Origin: an uncultured Fibrobacteria bacterium
Lineage (GTDB): Bacteria > Fibrobacterota > Fibrobacteria > UBA11236
Assembly (NCBI GenBank): GCA_965652255.1
Contig: CBFGVC010000002.1
Coordinates: 1-40,201, forward strand
DNA length: 40,201 nucleotides
Direction of reading: 5' to 3'
Of the stretch, positions 26,208 through 35,300 are shown piece by piece. The notes beneath the pieces were generated by a model. That model was not told the origin of the DNA, ran no database searches, and saw only the letters and a program-made list of their open reading frames with translations. Both the position numbers and the translations under genes were made by a program. How positions within the stretch are numbered: the first letter of the stretch is position 1; every line of letters begins with the position of its first letter.

Positions 26208-26220
26208 TGACACACTGTCA
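26208..26220. promoter_or_regulatory. Palindrome TGACA-cac-TGTCA (candidate enhancer/UAS for the P3 sigma54 promoter)
   Basis: The 5-bp arms are perfect. The centre lies 113 nt upstream of the -24 GG at 26327. An A7 tract and the palindrome aaaacgatcgtttt (26237-26250) lie between it and the promoter. Confidence 0.5.
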
Positions 26221-26325
26221 AAAAAATATGCTGGCGAAAACGATCGTTTTTAAGCCTTGCCGGGAAAACGACCTTTTCTGCAGAAGAATGTGGTTCTACG
26301 ATTCCGATTGAAATTCAAGGGGTGA

Positions 26326-26341
26326 TGGCACGATTCTCGCT
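26326..26341 (+). promoter_or_regulatory. sigma54 (-24/-12) promoter candidate for P3
   Basis: TGGCACGATTCTCGCT matches TGGCACG-N4-TTGCW at 11 of 12 specified positions with correct spacing. It lies 38 nt upstream of the ATG at 26379. Confidence 0.7.
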
Positions 26342-26378
26342 CCTTTCAGGGGTCAGGTAATAACGGAAAGAAGCAAAC

Positions 26379-27335
26379 ATGAAAATCAAGAGCCTTTTCC
26401 TCGCGACTTCGATGATCGGCGCCACGATCCTGGGCGGCTGCTTCATGACCGACGGGGGGAAACCCTCCGGTGACAACCAGCGCCCGGCGAATCTCGTCAT
26501 CAGCATGGGCGTCAAGGACGTGAACAATCTGTCCAAGCCCGGACTTTCCAAGTCCGCCGTCGCCAATGACGGCATCGTGCTGAGCAAGTTGGTCGTCACG
26601 CTCACCTCCAGCGTGGTCACCGATGCCGTCATTCGAGACACGGTGCTGGCGGACACCGGCGACTTCGTTTCCACTTCCACCGACGCTCAGCAGGTCCTCC
26701 GCAACTACGCAGTGAAGCCCTTGCGCAACTGGACCATCCAGGTCAAGACCCTCGACGTGAACGACTCCGTCATTCACATCTCCAGCTCGGTCCAAAACAA
26801 CCTCACCGTCGGCGAAGTTCGCCCGGTGACCTTGAACCTTGCCTCGAAGTTCGTGGTGTACGTCGCCAAGTTCGTGCTTCCGGACAGCATCGGATCGCAG
26901 TCGAGCGACCAAAAGCAGAAGCTTTACGTCCACCGCTTCATGATGGTGGTTGACGGCGACACCGTGCGCGACACCTCCACCACCCCCCCGGATTACTTCT
27001 CGGCGGCACCCGACACCCACAAGGTGTTCTGGAACTACGTGAAGGCCGACACGGTCCACACCCTGCAGTTGTACGTTTATGCCGACAGCCTGGGCGATTG
27101 GGATCCGAACCTGCCCATCTTCGGCGACACCATCCAGATCACCTCCACCGACACGACCTATACGCCGGAGCTGCCGTGGATGGGCCCGGGTTCCGAGCAC
27201 GACCCCGCTTGCCAGGCCAACCCGTCCAACTGTGGCGGCGCGACGACTGGGCTGACCATCAATATCGGCGCCGTGGGATCGGTGGTGATCGTTCCCGGCG
27301 TGCCCGAGAACCCGCTGCCGAAGCGCAAGTACTGA
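26379..27335 (+). CDS. Paralogous lipoprotein P3 (no propeller)
   Basis: MKIKSLFLATSMIGATILGGC has a lipobox. Family blocks are KPLRNWTIQVKTLDVNDSVIHISS, SKFVVYVAKFVLPDS and NIGAVGSVVI. Confidence 0.82.
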   Translation: MKIKSLFLATSMIGATILGGCFMTDGGKPSGDNQRPANLVISMGVKDVNNLSKPGLSKSAVANDGIVLSKLVVTLTSSVVTDAVIRDTVLADTGDFVSTSTDAQQVLRNYAVKPLRNWTIQVKTLDVNDSVIHISSSVQNNLTVGEVRPVTLNLASKFVVYVAKFVLPDSIGSQSSDQKQKLYVHRFMMVVDGDTVRDTSTTPPDYFSAAPDTHKVFWNYVKADTVHTLQLYVYADSLGDWDPNLPIFGDTIQITSTDTTYTPELPWMGPGSEHDPACQANPSNCGGATTGLTINIGAVGSVVIVPGVPENPLPKRKY

Positions 27336-27360
27336 TCGCTGCGATCCAGGCCCGATAACG

Positions 27361-27389
27361 AAAAAAGGGAGGCATAGCCTCCCTTTTTT
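27361..27389 (+). terminator. Rho-independent terminator after P3
   Basis: aaaaaa, gggaggc, ata, gcctccc, tttttt: a perfect stem with a T6 run. Confidence 0.85.
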
Positions 27390-27454
27390 CGTTTGGCTCC
27401 ACTCAGGGTTGTCTTGAGAGTTTGCCTTCCTGGCAAATCAGCGGCCTCGAACCG

Positions 27455-27467
27455 TGACACATTGGCA
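27455..27467. promoter_or_regulatory. Half-degenerate copy of the TGACA-N3-TGTCA motif upstream of P4
   Basis: TGACA-cat-TGGCA, embedded in cgtgacacattg (compare cgtgacacactg at 26206). The centre lies 131 nt upstream of the -24 GG at 27592. Confidence 0.35.
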
Positions 27468-27590
27468 ACAAGGAGAGGGGGCCACGGCATCGATTTTCGG
27501 CCCTTTTCGGCATTCGGTATAAAAGCCCCCTAAACGCCCTAAAAATGGCCGTTATTCAAAGAAAAATGAGCTTTTCAGGGGTTAAATCCT

Positions 27591-27606
27591 TGGCACGACT
27601 CTCGCT
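27591..27606 (+). promoter_or_regulatory. sigma54 (-24/-12) promoter candidate for P4
   Basis: TGGCACGACTCTCGCT differs from the P3 promoter at 1 of 16 positions. It lies 55 nt upstream of the ATG at 27661, which has an AAGGAG RBS at 27649-54. Confidence 0.7.
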
Positions 27607-27660
27607 TTAGCTAGGTTTCAAAGCCGTTAATCGGCGGATTTTATCAGCAAGGAGCCATTG

Positions 27661-28572
27661 ATGCGCAACTTCACCAAACACCTTTCGCTTGCGGCGGTTT
27701 CTGTCGCCGTTTTGGTCTTGAGCGCTTGCTTCGGCACGGCGTCGAACCCCGTCTCCACCTCCGAAGGCGAGGCCACGGTCGTGATCCAGACCAAGACGAA
27801 CAACGTCAACCGCCTGAGCAAGCCCGGCCTCGGGAAGTCGGCGGCCATCACCCTCGATAGCCTCATCGTGACGGCGATCTCCAACGCCTCCACCCCCGAC
27901 ACGGTCATCGTGAAGCTCGGCGTGGGCGATAGCGGCTTTTCCTCGGTCGCCACCTCGGACCAGAACATCGGCATCGTGCTCAACCTGAAGGCGCTGCGCA
28001 ACTGGACGATCTCGGCCAAGACGATCGACGTGAACGACTCGATCATCCAGGAAGGCTCCGTCGTCACGGGCAACCTCTTTGCCGGCCAAACCAAGATCGT
28101 GACGCTCAACGCCACCCCCAATTACACGATCTACACGGCGACCTTCAACTTCCCCGACAGCATCCAGTCGCCTACCGGAAACTTCAAGCAGAAGATCACC
28201 TTCAACAAGATCGAGCTTTTCTTCGACGGCGTGATGGCGGATGACTCGGTGGGAACCTTGGCTCCTTCCGTCAACCAGGTCCTCTCGTATGACTACGTGC
28301 CCACGGGAGTGCTGGCGCCTGATTCCGTGACCCTGAAGGTCTTCGGCAACATCGAGAACGCCGACACGCCCTGGAATGCGGGCAGCAACCTGCTGTACGA
28401 CACCACCGTCGCGATTTCCACGCTGAGCGCGGTTTACCCCGCGACGAATTCCGTCCCGCTCCTCTGGCGGGGTCCCGTGGATGGCGTCGTCGACCTGACG
28501 GTCGAGATCGAGAAGGTGGGCCAGGTCGCCATTGACGGCGAGACGAATCCCATCGTCCTGTCCAAGAAGTAA
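27661..28572 (+). CDS. Paralogous lipoprotein P4 (no propeller)
   Basis: The track start 27658 is a TTG; the ATG at 27661 has an AAGGAG RBS 6 nt upstream. MRNFTKHLSLAAVSVAVLVLSAC has a lipobox. Family blocks are KALRNWTISAKTIDVNDSIIQEGS, YTIYTATFNFPDSI and EIEKVGQVAI. Confidence 0.82.
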   Translation: MRNFTKHLSLAAVSVAVLVLSACFGTASNPVSTSEGEATVVIQTKTNNVNRLSKPGLGKSAAITLDSLIVTAISNASTPDTVIVKLGVGDSGFSSVATSDQNIGIVLNLKALRNWTISAKTIDVNDSIIQEGSVVTGNLFAGQTKIVTLNATPNYTIYTATFNFPDSIQSPTGNFKQKITFNKIELFFDGVMADDSVGTLAPSVNQVLSYDYVPTGVLAPDSVTLKVFGNIENADTPWNAGSNLLYDTTVAISTLSAVYPATNSVPLLWRGPVDGVVDLTVEIEKVGQVAIDGETNPIVLSKK

Positions 28573-28584
28573 TCGCCACGACAG

Positions 28585-28613
28585 CGGACGAACGTGAAAT
28601 AACCGTTCGTCCG
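28585..28613 (+). terminator. Hairpin after P4
   Basis: A perfect 10-bp stem, cggacgaacg with cgttcgtccg, has a 9-nt loop. A weak T-run (gttttc) lies 8 nt downstream. Confidence 0.5.
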
Positions 28614-28687
28614 TCTCCCGCGTTTTCTTGGGCTCGCGAGGGCCCCCCCTGGGCTCGAATTTCAACCACAGCCTGAGAAAAGAAATC

Positions 28688-30448
28688 ATGAAGTTCTCCG
28701 CGAAAAACACCCTGCACGGCGCGACGGTCCTCATGGCCGCCCTTGCCATGGCGGGGTGTTTCGCGTCGGGGAACCCCACCTCGTCCCGACCGATCCCGCA
28801 AGGCGACGAGGTGGGCCTCAAGATCCGCATGGGCGTCGGCAGCGTGACCGCCTTGGGCAAGTCATCGGTTATCACCCTCGACAAGCTCGTGCTCGTCATC
28901 TCGTCGAGCGCCAACGACACGATCCGCGACACCATCACGTCGTCGACGACGCCGGCTCTCAACCCCGTCTCCACAACGGGGCAGACCGTCTCCAAGAACT
29001 ACACGCTCAAGGCGCTTCGTTCCTGGAAGATCGTCGTGACCTCGCGCGACGTGCTCGACAGCGTCATCCACGTCGACTCGGTGGTGGTGCCCGCCCTGTA
29101 CGCGGGCGACACGGCCCAGGTGAACCTCAATCTTTCGTCGCGGTACAGCATGTACGAGGCGAAATTCCTCTCGTTGCCCGACAGCATCCAGTCGGCCACC
29201 CCCTCGCAGCCGAAGCAGGCGCTTTGCATCAACCGGCTGGTGCTCAAGATCGACGGCGCCTCGGTGCGCGACTCTTCCTCGACCGGGCCGTGCTTCGCGT
29301 CGGCAACCACGCACACGCTGGCATACGATTACGTGAGCCTCGGCGCCAAGACGATCGTCGCCTCCGGATCCTCCCAAACCCTGTACGGCATCCACTTCCC
29401 CACGGCTGACACGGGTTACATCGTGGGCGACGACGTCACGTTGAGGAGCGTGGACGGGGGCGCCACCTGGTCGCCGCAAGCCACGGGCGGGACGGCCAAG
29501 ACCCTGCGCGCCGTTCATTTCCTCAATGGCACGACCGGTGTCATCGCCGGAGGCGGCGACAGCGTCGTCATCCGCCGAACCACCAACGCCGGTTCAGGTT
29601 GGACCCGCCCCGTGGGCTCTTCCAGCGCCAACACCATCCGCGCGCTTCACATCGTCAACGACACCGGCTGGGCGTCGCGCTCGCACCTGACCTCGCCGAC
29701 TGGCAGCTACCAGTACTACATCACGGTCGACGGCGGCGCGAGCTGGACGGCCACTGTCAACCAGAACCAGGCCTATTCGATCCGCGGCGTGAACGGCACG
29801 ACGGCCTGGGCCGTCGGTCCCGCGGGAATGATTCGAAAGAACACCACGGCCGCCGGGCATTTTTCCACGGTGCAAACCAGCGGCACCACCCGCACCTTGC
29901 GCTCGGTGTTTCCCGTGAACGCGAACCTTGTCTACGTGGTGGGCGACACGGGCACCGTGTTGCGCACCACGGACGGCGGCGCCAACTGGGCGGCGAAGAC
30001 GAGCGGCACCACCCTGAACCTGAATTCCGTTTACTTCCTCGATGCGGCCACCGGTTTCGCCGTGGGCGACAATGGCATCGTCCTCAGCACCTCCGACAGC
30101 GGCAACACGTGGACCTCGGAGTCCAGCCCCGCTTCCGTGAACTTGAACGCCATCACGTTCGTGGGCGGCAAGGGGTATGTGGTGGGGGCGAACGGCACCT
30201 TGTTCACGGTGAACGGCCCCCGCCAGGTCGAGATGCTGGCCTACGGCCCGATGAATTCCTGGAACGTTGCGCTGCCGCTGTACAGCGGGTCGAAGTACAT
30301 CAACGCGCTTCCCGGAACGGATGCGACGCTTCCCCTCACGCTTTCGTGGACCGGTCCCACCACCGGCACCGGCAAGATCGACGCCGAGCTCGGGAAAGTG
30401 GGCAAGATCACGATCAACGGCACATTGCCAGGGACCACGATGCCCTGA
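28688..30448 (+). CDS. Paralogous lipoprotein P5 with one inserted 7-bladed Asp-box (Ycf48/BNR-like) beta-propeller
   Basis: The ATG at 28688 gives MKFSAKNTLHGATVLMAALAMAGC with a lipobox. The family N-module is present (KALRSWKIVVTSRDVLDSVIHVDS, SRYSMYEAKFLSLPDSI). Seven ~40-aa blades carry SxDxGxTW-type Asp-boxes (SVDGGATW, TTDGGANW, TSDSGNTW) at about 29381-30220. The family C-module follows (VEMLAYGPM...LGKVGKITING). Confidence 0.85.
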   Translation: MKFSAKNTLHGATVLMAALAMAGCFASGNPTSSRPIPQGDEVGLKIRMGVGSVTALGKSSVITLDKLVLVISSSANDTIRDTITSSTTPALNPVSTTGQTVSKNYTLKALRSWKIVVTSRDVLDSVIHVDSVVVPALYAGDTAQVNLNLSSRYSMYEAKFLSLPDSIQSATPSQPKQALCINRLVLKIDGASVRDSSSTGPCFASATTHTLAYDYVSLGAKTIVASGSSQTLYGIHFPTADTGYIVGDDVTLRSVDGGATWSPQATGGTAKTLRAVHFLNGTTGVIAGGGDSVVIRRTTNAGSGWTRPVGSSSANTIRALHIVNDTGWASRSHLTSPTGSYQYYITVDGGASWTATVNQNQAYSIRGVNGTTAWAVGPAGMIRKNTTAAGHFSTVQTSGTTRTLRSVFPVNANLVYVVGDTGTVLRTTDGGANWAAKTSGTTLNLNSVYFLDAATGFAVGDNGIVLSTSDSGNTWTSESSPASVNLNAITFVGGKGYVVGANGTLFTVNGPRQVEMLAYGPMNSWNVALPLYSGSKYINALPGTDATLPLTLSWTGPTTGTGKIDAELGKVGKITINGTLPGTTMP

Positions 30449-30462
30449 TTCGGAGTGATCGC

Positions 30463-32232
30463 ATGAAAGCCCGCAATCACTCCGTTCAACTCATCCTTGC
30501 GGTCGGGCTGTTCCCGGTTCTTCTCCTGCTTGTCGGTTGCTTCGACTCCGGAACGTCTCCCCGGTCAAAGCGTGCTTTCTCCGTCGACCCCGTCCTGAAG
30601 CTGCGCGTGGGCATGGCAGGCTTGAAGTCGCTCGCGAAAAGCTCCGACATTTCCCTGGACAAGCTGGTCATCGTCCTCAGTTCAAGCGCGAACGACACGA
30701 TCCGCGACACCCTCACGTCGCTGACCACGCCGGCATTGAACCCGCTTTCCACCAATCCCCAGACGATCGCCAAGCCCTACGCGCTCAAGGCCCTTCGTAC
30801 ATGGAAGGTGGTCGTGACATCGCGCGATGTTCTCGACAGCGTCATTCACAGGGATTCCGCCCTTATTCCCGTCCTGTATGCGGGCGATACGGCGGTGGCC
30901 AACTTGAATCTTTCCGCGCGCTACAGCATGTATGCGGCGACGTTCCTGAGCATCCCCGACAGCATTTCGTCCGCTTCCGGGACGCACAAGCAAAAACTGA
31001 ATATCGACCGCCTGGTCTTGAAGATAAACGGCACGGTAGAGCGCGATTCCGCCCCGGATCCCGGCCCTTATTTCGCCTCCGGCATCCCCTACGTTCTGGA
31101 CTACGACTATGTGCCCACCGGGACGGCCGGTGGGTGGGGGCTGGTCTCGAGCGGCACGATGCAGGACCTTTACAGCGTCGCCTTCAGCGGTCCGGACACC
31201 GGCTTTGCCGTGGGCGACAACATGACCCTCAGGACGCTGGATGGAGGCAAGACCTGGGGCGTGAGGGACCATGCCCCGCTCATCATGCGGGCCGGATTTG
31301 TCGTGAACGGCCTCACGGCTTACGGCGCCGGCGACATGGGCTTGGTCTCTTCCACGCATACCGGCGGGGAGGACGGCAACGCGCAGTTCCTTCCGGAGCC
31401 GGACTTTCCCGAGGCCGCCGACAATCCCTCCCTGAACACCCTCTTTTTCACGAGCGCTTCCACGGGCTATGCCGCCGGCGACGGCGGGGCCATCTGGAAA
31501 ACGACCGACAGCAGCAACGCTTGGGTCGCCCAGACGAGCGGCACGTCGCAGCATCTCCGATCCGCGCATTTCGCGGACGCCGCCACGGGCTGGATGGCGG
31601 GCGACGGCGGCGTCATCCTGAAGACGACCAACGGCGGGACCGATTGGGCGGCGCAAACAAGCGGTACGGCGAACGGACTGAACGGGGTCCACTTCGTCGA
31701 TGCCGGAAACGGATGGGCCGTGGGCGCGGCCGGGACGATTCTCAAGACGACCAACGGCGGAGCCGATTGGACGCCCCAGGCCAGCGGCGTTTCCCATCAC
31801 CTCCGCACCGTTTATTTTCTGGACGCTTCCACGGGCTATGCCGCCGGCGACAGCGGGACATTGCTGAAAACCTTAAACGGCGGAAGCACCTGGACCCGGG
31901 AATTCACGGGGATCACCCACAGGCTCCGCTCTCTCCGGTTCTCCGGACCCAGGGGCTATGCCGTGGGCGACGCGGGAACGGTCCTTTCCTTGGTTCCCGG
32001 AAATGTCCTGATCGAGATGCAGGCCTATGGACCCATGGGTTCGTGGAACACCGCCGAACCCCTGTACCAAGGCGCCAAGGTGATTTCCACCCTGGCCGGG
32101 CAGGACTCCACCGTTTCCTTGACCCTGAATTGGGTCGGTCCGGCGACCGGTGCGGGAAGTCTGGAGGTTGAGGTGGGCAAGGTCGGAAAAATCACGATCG
32201 ACGGTACCGTACCGGACGTCGTCACGCCCTGA
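30463..32232 (+). CDS. Paralogous lipoprotein P6 with one inserted 7-bladed Asp-box beta-propeller
   Basis: The ATG at 30463 lies 14 nt after the P5 stop, with a GGAG RBS, so the two are probably an operon. MKARNHSVQLILAVGLFPVLLLLVGC has a lipobox. It is the closest paralogue of P5. Seven blades lie at about 31168-32000, and the C-module is IEMQAYGPM...VGKVGKITIDG. Confidence 0.85.
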   Translation: MKARNHSVQLILAVGLFPVLLLLVGCFDSGTSPRSKRAFSVDPVLKLRVGMAGLKSLAKSSDISLDKLVIVLSSSANDTIRDTLTSLTTPALNPLSTNPQTIAKPYALKALRTWKVVVTSRDVLDSVIHRDSALIPVLYAGDTAVANLNLSARYSMYAATFLSIPDSISSASGTHKQKLNIDRLVLKINGTVERDSAPDPGPYFASGIPYVLDYDYVPTGTAGGWGLVSSGTMQDLYSVAFSGPDTGFAVGDNMTLRTLDGGKTWGVRDHAPLIMRAGFVVNGLTAYGAGDMGLVSSTHTGGEDGNAQFLPEPDFPEAADNPSLNTLFFTSASTGYAAGDGGAIWKTTDSSNAWVAQTSGTSQHLRSAHFADAATGWMAGDGGVILKTTNGGTDWAAQTSGTANGLNGVHFVDAGNGWAVGAAGTILKTTNGGADWTPQASGVSHHLRTVYFLDASTGYAAGDSGTLLKTLNGGSTWTREFTGITHRLRSLRFSGPRGYAVGDAGTVLSLVPGNVLIEMQAYGPMGSWNTAEPLYQGAKVISTLAGQDSTVSLTLNWVGPATGAGSLEVEVGKVGKITIDGTVPDVVTP

Positions 32233-32398
32233 GCAATCCCCTCGCGATGCTCCTCGCCGCATGTCTCCCGGGTCGAACCGGGCCTTTGCTCCGGGCCGTG
32301 CGGCCGTCGCGGAACCGTTTGCCATAATTTCAAATGTTTGCGTTACGAAACCTTTCTGAGGCCAGTTAAATTTTGTGCTGACAGGGACTTAAACACCC

Positions 32399-35300
32399 AT
32401 GATTGTTGGAAATACCAGCAGATTCCCGAACCGGCCGAGAGCGTCGCATCTCGTCGCGCGCGCGGCCTTCGGTGTGCTGGCCACCGCGCTTTTCGCCTCG
32501 TGTCTGCTTGACCCCGATCGCGGGGGATCCCAATCGGCGCGCAGCGGCGCGCCCGGCTACGTCGGCTTCGAGCTTTCGCTCGAGCGCAACCAAAGGGCCT
32601 TGGGCAAGGCGATGGCGGGGGGCGACACCACGTTCACGCTCGACTCGCTGATCATCGTGCTCACGGCCCCGGGTGCGGACACGATCGTCGAGCGGCTTTC
32701 CATTTCGGGCCGAGCCGACACCGGCGCCATCGACGTGGCTCCCCGGTTTTACACCCTGTTGTCGCTCCGCAACTGGAAGGCCCGCTTCTACACCATCGAC
32801 ACCACCGTGACCCCCTCGCGGCGCGACACGGTGCACATCGACTCCGTGGTTTTCGCCGTGCGGCCGGCCGATACGACGATGGTGACCAAGACCGTCTCCG
32901 CGGCATTCGCCATTCTCCGTGCACGGTTCTATTCCGACAAGCGCGACTCCCTCGGCGCGGGAATCCGCTTCGTGCGCATCCGCGTGCGCGGGGCGACGCG
33001 CGATTCCATCGCGCTCACCGGCGACGTCCTGAATGCCGTGTGGTTCGCCAACCCCGCCACGGGCTGGGCCGTGATGGATACCGGCCGAATCCTGAAGAGC
33101 ACCGACAGCGGCCGCACATGGTTCCCCCAACCGAGCGGCACGACGGCTCACCTGCGCACCCTGAGCTTCGCGAGCACCTCGATCGGGTGGGTCGCCGGCG
33201 ACGACGGCGTCATCCGCAAGACCACCAACGGCGGCACGAGCTGGAGCGCGCAGGCGAGCGGAACGACCCGGCGCATCCGCCGGATTTTTTTCGTGGACGT
33301 GGACAAGGGATATGTCGTGGGCGACTCGGGGCTGGTGCTCAAGACCGTCAATGGCGGGTCCGATTGGTTCCCGATCCACGGCGGCTGGCTGGGCATGAAC
33401 GTCGGCGCGGGCTCCACCACGCTGAACGACGTCTGGTTCTCCGGGGCCACCGGCTATGTCGTGGGCAACGGCGGCATGATCCGCAGAAGCACCGATCACG
33501 GCGCCACCTGGAACGCCATGACGAGCCCCACGGGCAACAATCTCGTCAACCTGGCGTTCGGGAGCGCCTCGGCAGTTTATGCGGCCGGCGCGGCGGGAAC
33601 GATCTCGAAGTACAACGGAACGTCGTGGAGCAACCTTTCCACGGGCACCACCCAAGCGTTGTCGGGGATTCACTTCGGCGATGCGAACCGAGGCTGGGCG
33701 GTCGGCAACGCGGAAACGGCGATCCGCACGGTCAACGGCTCGGGCTGGTCGCGCGCGGCCGCGGGATGGAACCCCAAGACCAGCGGCACGTCGAACGCCC
33801 TGAACTCCGTGAATTTCGGCGGCGCCGACACCGGTTGGGCCGCCGGGGCCTCAGGCACCCTTCGCAAGACCGTGAACGGGGGACAGAACTGGGGGGCCGT
33901 CGCAAGCGGGACGTCCGGCGACCTGAACGCGGTGTACGCGGCCAACGGCACGAAGGCCTGGGCGGTGGGCGCCGGGGAGACGATCGTGCGCACTGCAAAT
34001 GGAACCGACTGGAGCGAAGCCCTCCCTTGGTTCGCCCTCGCCAGCAACACCACCGATTCCCTGTTGTCGATCCACTTCGGATCCGCCACGAACGGCATCG
34101 CCGTGGGAGCCGGCGGCCGGGTTTCGCGCACCTCCACCAGCGGAAACAACTGGACGGCCTCCACCTCCGGAAGCAACCGGCTCAACGCGGTCTGGATGCG
34201 CGACGGGAACAACGCGGTGGCCGTGGGCGTCGGCTCCTCGAACGCCAACATCCGGTACACAACCAATGGCGGTTCCGGCTGGACGGCGGTTTCCAACAGC
34301 GGAACATCGAACGAATTGCGCGGTGTCTGGTCGGACGCCGGCGGCACGCGCTACTTCGCGGTGGGAGCCGGGGGGGTGATCCGCGGCGCCACCACCGTGA
34401 CCGCCAATCCTTGGACCACCCATACATCGGGTACCACGAACCGGCTCAATGCAGTATTCTCGAACGGATCGCGGGCATGGGCCGTGGGCGACGGGGGTGT
34501 CATCCGCCGCATCACCACCATCTCGAACACGAATTGGAGCACCGTGACGAGCGGTACGACCGCCCAGCTCAACGGGGTGTATTTCACGAGCAACAACGTG
34601 GGCTACGTGGTGGGCAACGGGGGCCTCATCCGCAAGTGCACCAACAGCAACAACAACAACTGGACGACGCAGGCCAGCGGCACCACCGAGGACCTGTTGC
34701 ACGTGTTCTTCCGGGGCACGAGCGATACGGGCTATGTGACGGGAGCGAACGGCACGATTCTCAAAACGGTGAACGGGGGGGCGGCCTGGACACCCTTGGC
34801 CACCGGCTCCAGCCAGGTCCTGAACGCGGTTTTCGTGCGAGGGGTCGCCGCCGACACGGTGTACGCCGCCGGGGCGGGCGGGGCCATCCTGAAATCCACC
34901 TCCGGCGGGCGCTTTTCGCGCCGCGGCACGTTGCAAGGCCTGCGGGCCGCTCATTTCTACAACGCCACGTCGGGCTTCGCGGTGGGCGATTCGGGCACCC
35001 TTGCGCGCACCTTGACGTCGGGAGACAACTGGACCAACCTGAACAGCGGGGTCAGCACGCGCCTCAACGCGGTGTTTTCGAACGGCACGCGGGCTTGGGT
35101 GGTGGGCGACGGCGGAATCATCCGCCGCATCACGTCCATCTCGGCCACGAGTTGGAGTTCGGTGACCAGCGGCACGACGACCCAGCTCAACGGGGTGTAC
35201 TTCACGAGCAACAACGTGGGCTACGTGGTGGGCAACGGGGGCCTCATCCGCAAGTGCACCAACAGCAACAACAACAACTGGGCGACGCAGACCAGCGGCA

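Noticed and set aside
28629-28644. A possible sigma54 promoter for P5 (TGGGCTCGCGAGGGCC).
   Set aside because: Only the GG and GC dinucleotides match, and the flanking consensus positions are all wrong. It is kept as a note inside the direct-repeat finding.
29599-30462. The 5' extension of the P6 ORF (877-aa version).
   Set aside because: It overlaps P5 in a different frame. The lipoprotein signal peptide and a GGAG RBS mark 30463 as the real start.
34649-34660. The (AAC)4 microsatellites in P7 as phase-variation switches.
   Set aside because: Slippage of a trinucleotide unit stays in frame, so it changes only the length of the Asn loop. The tracts are also short.
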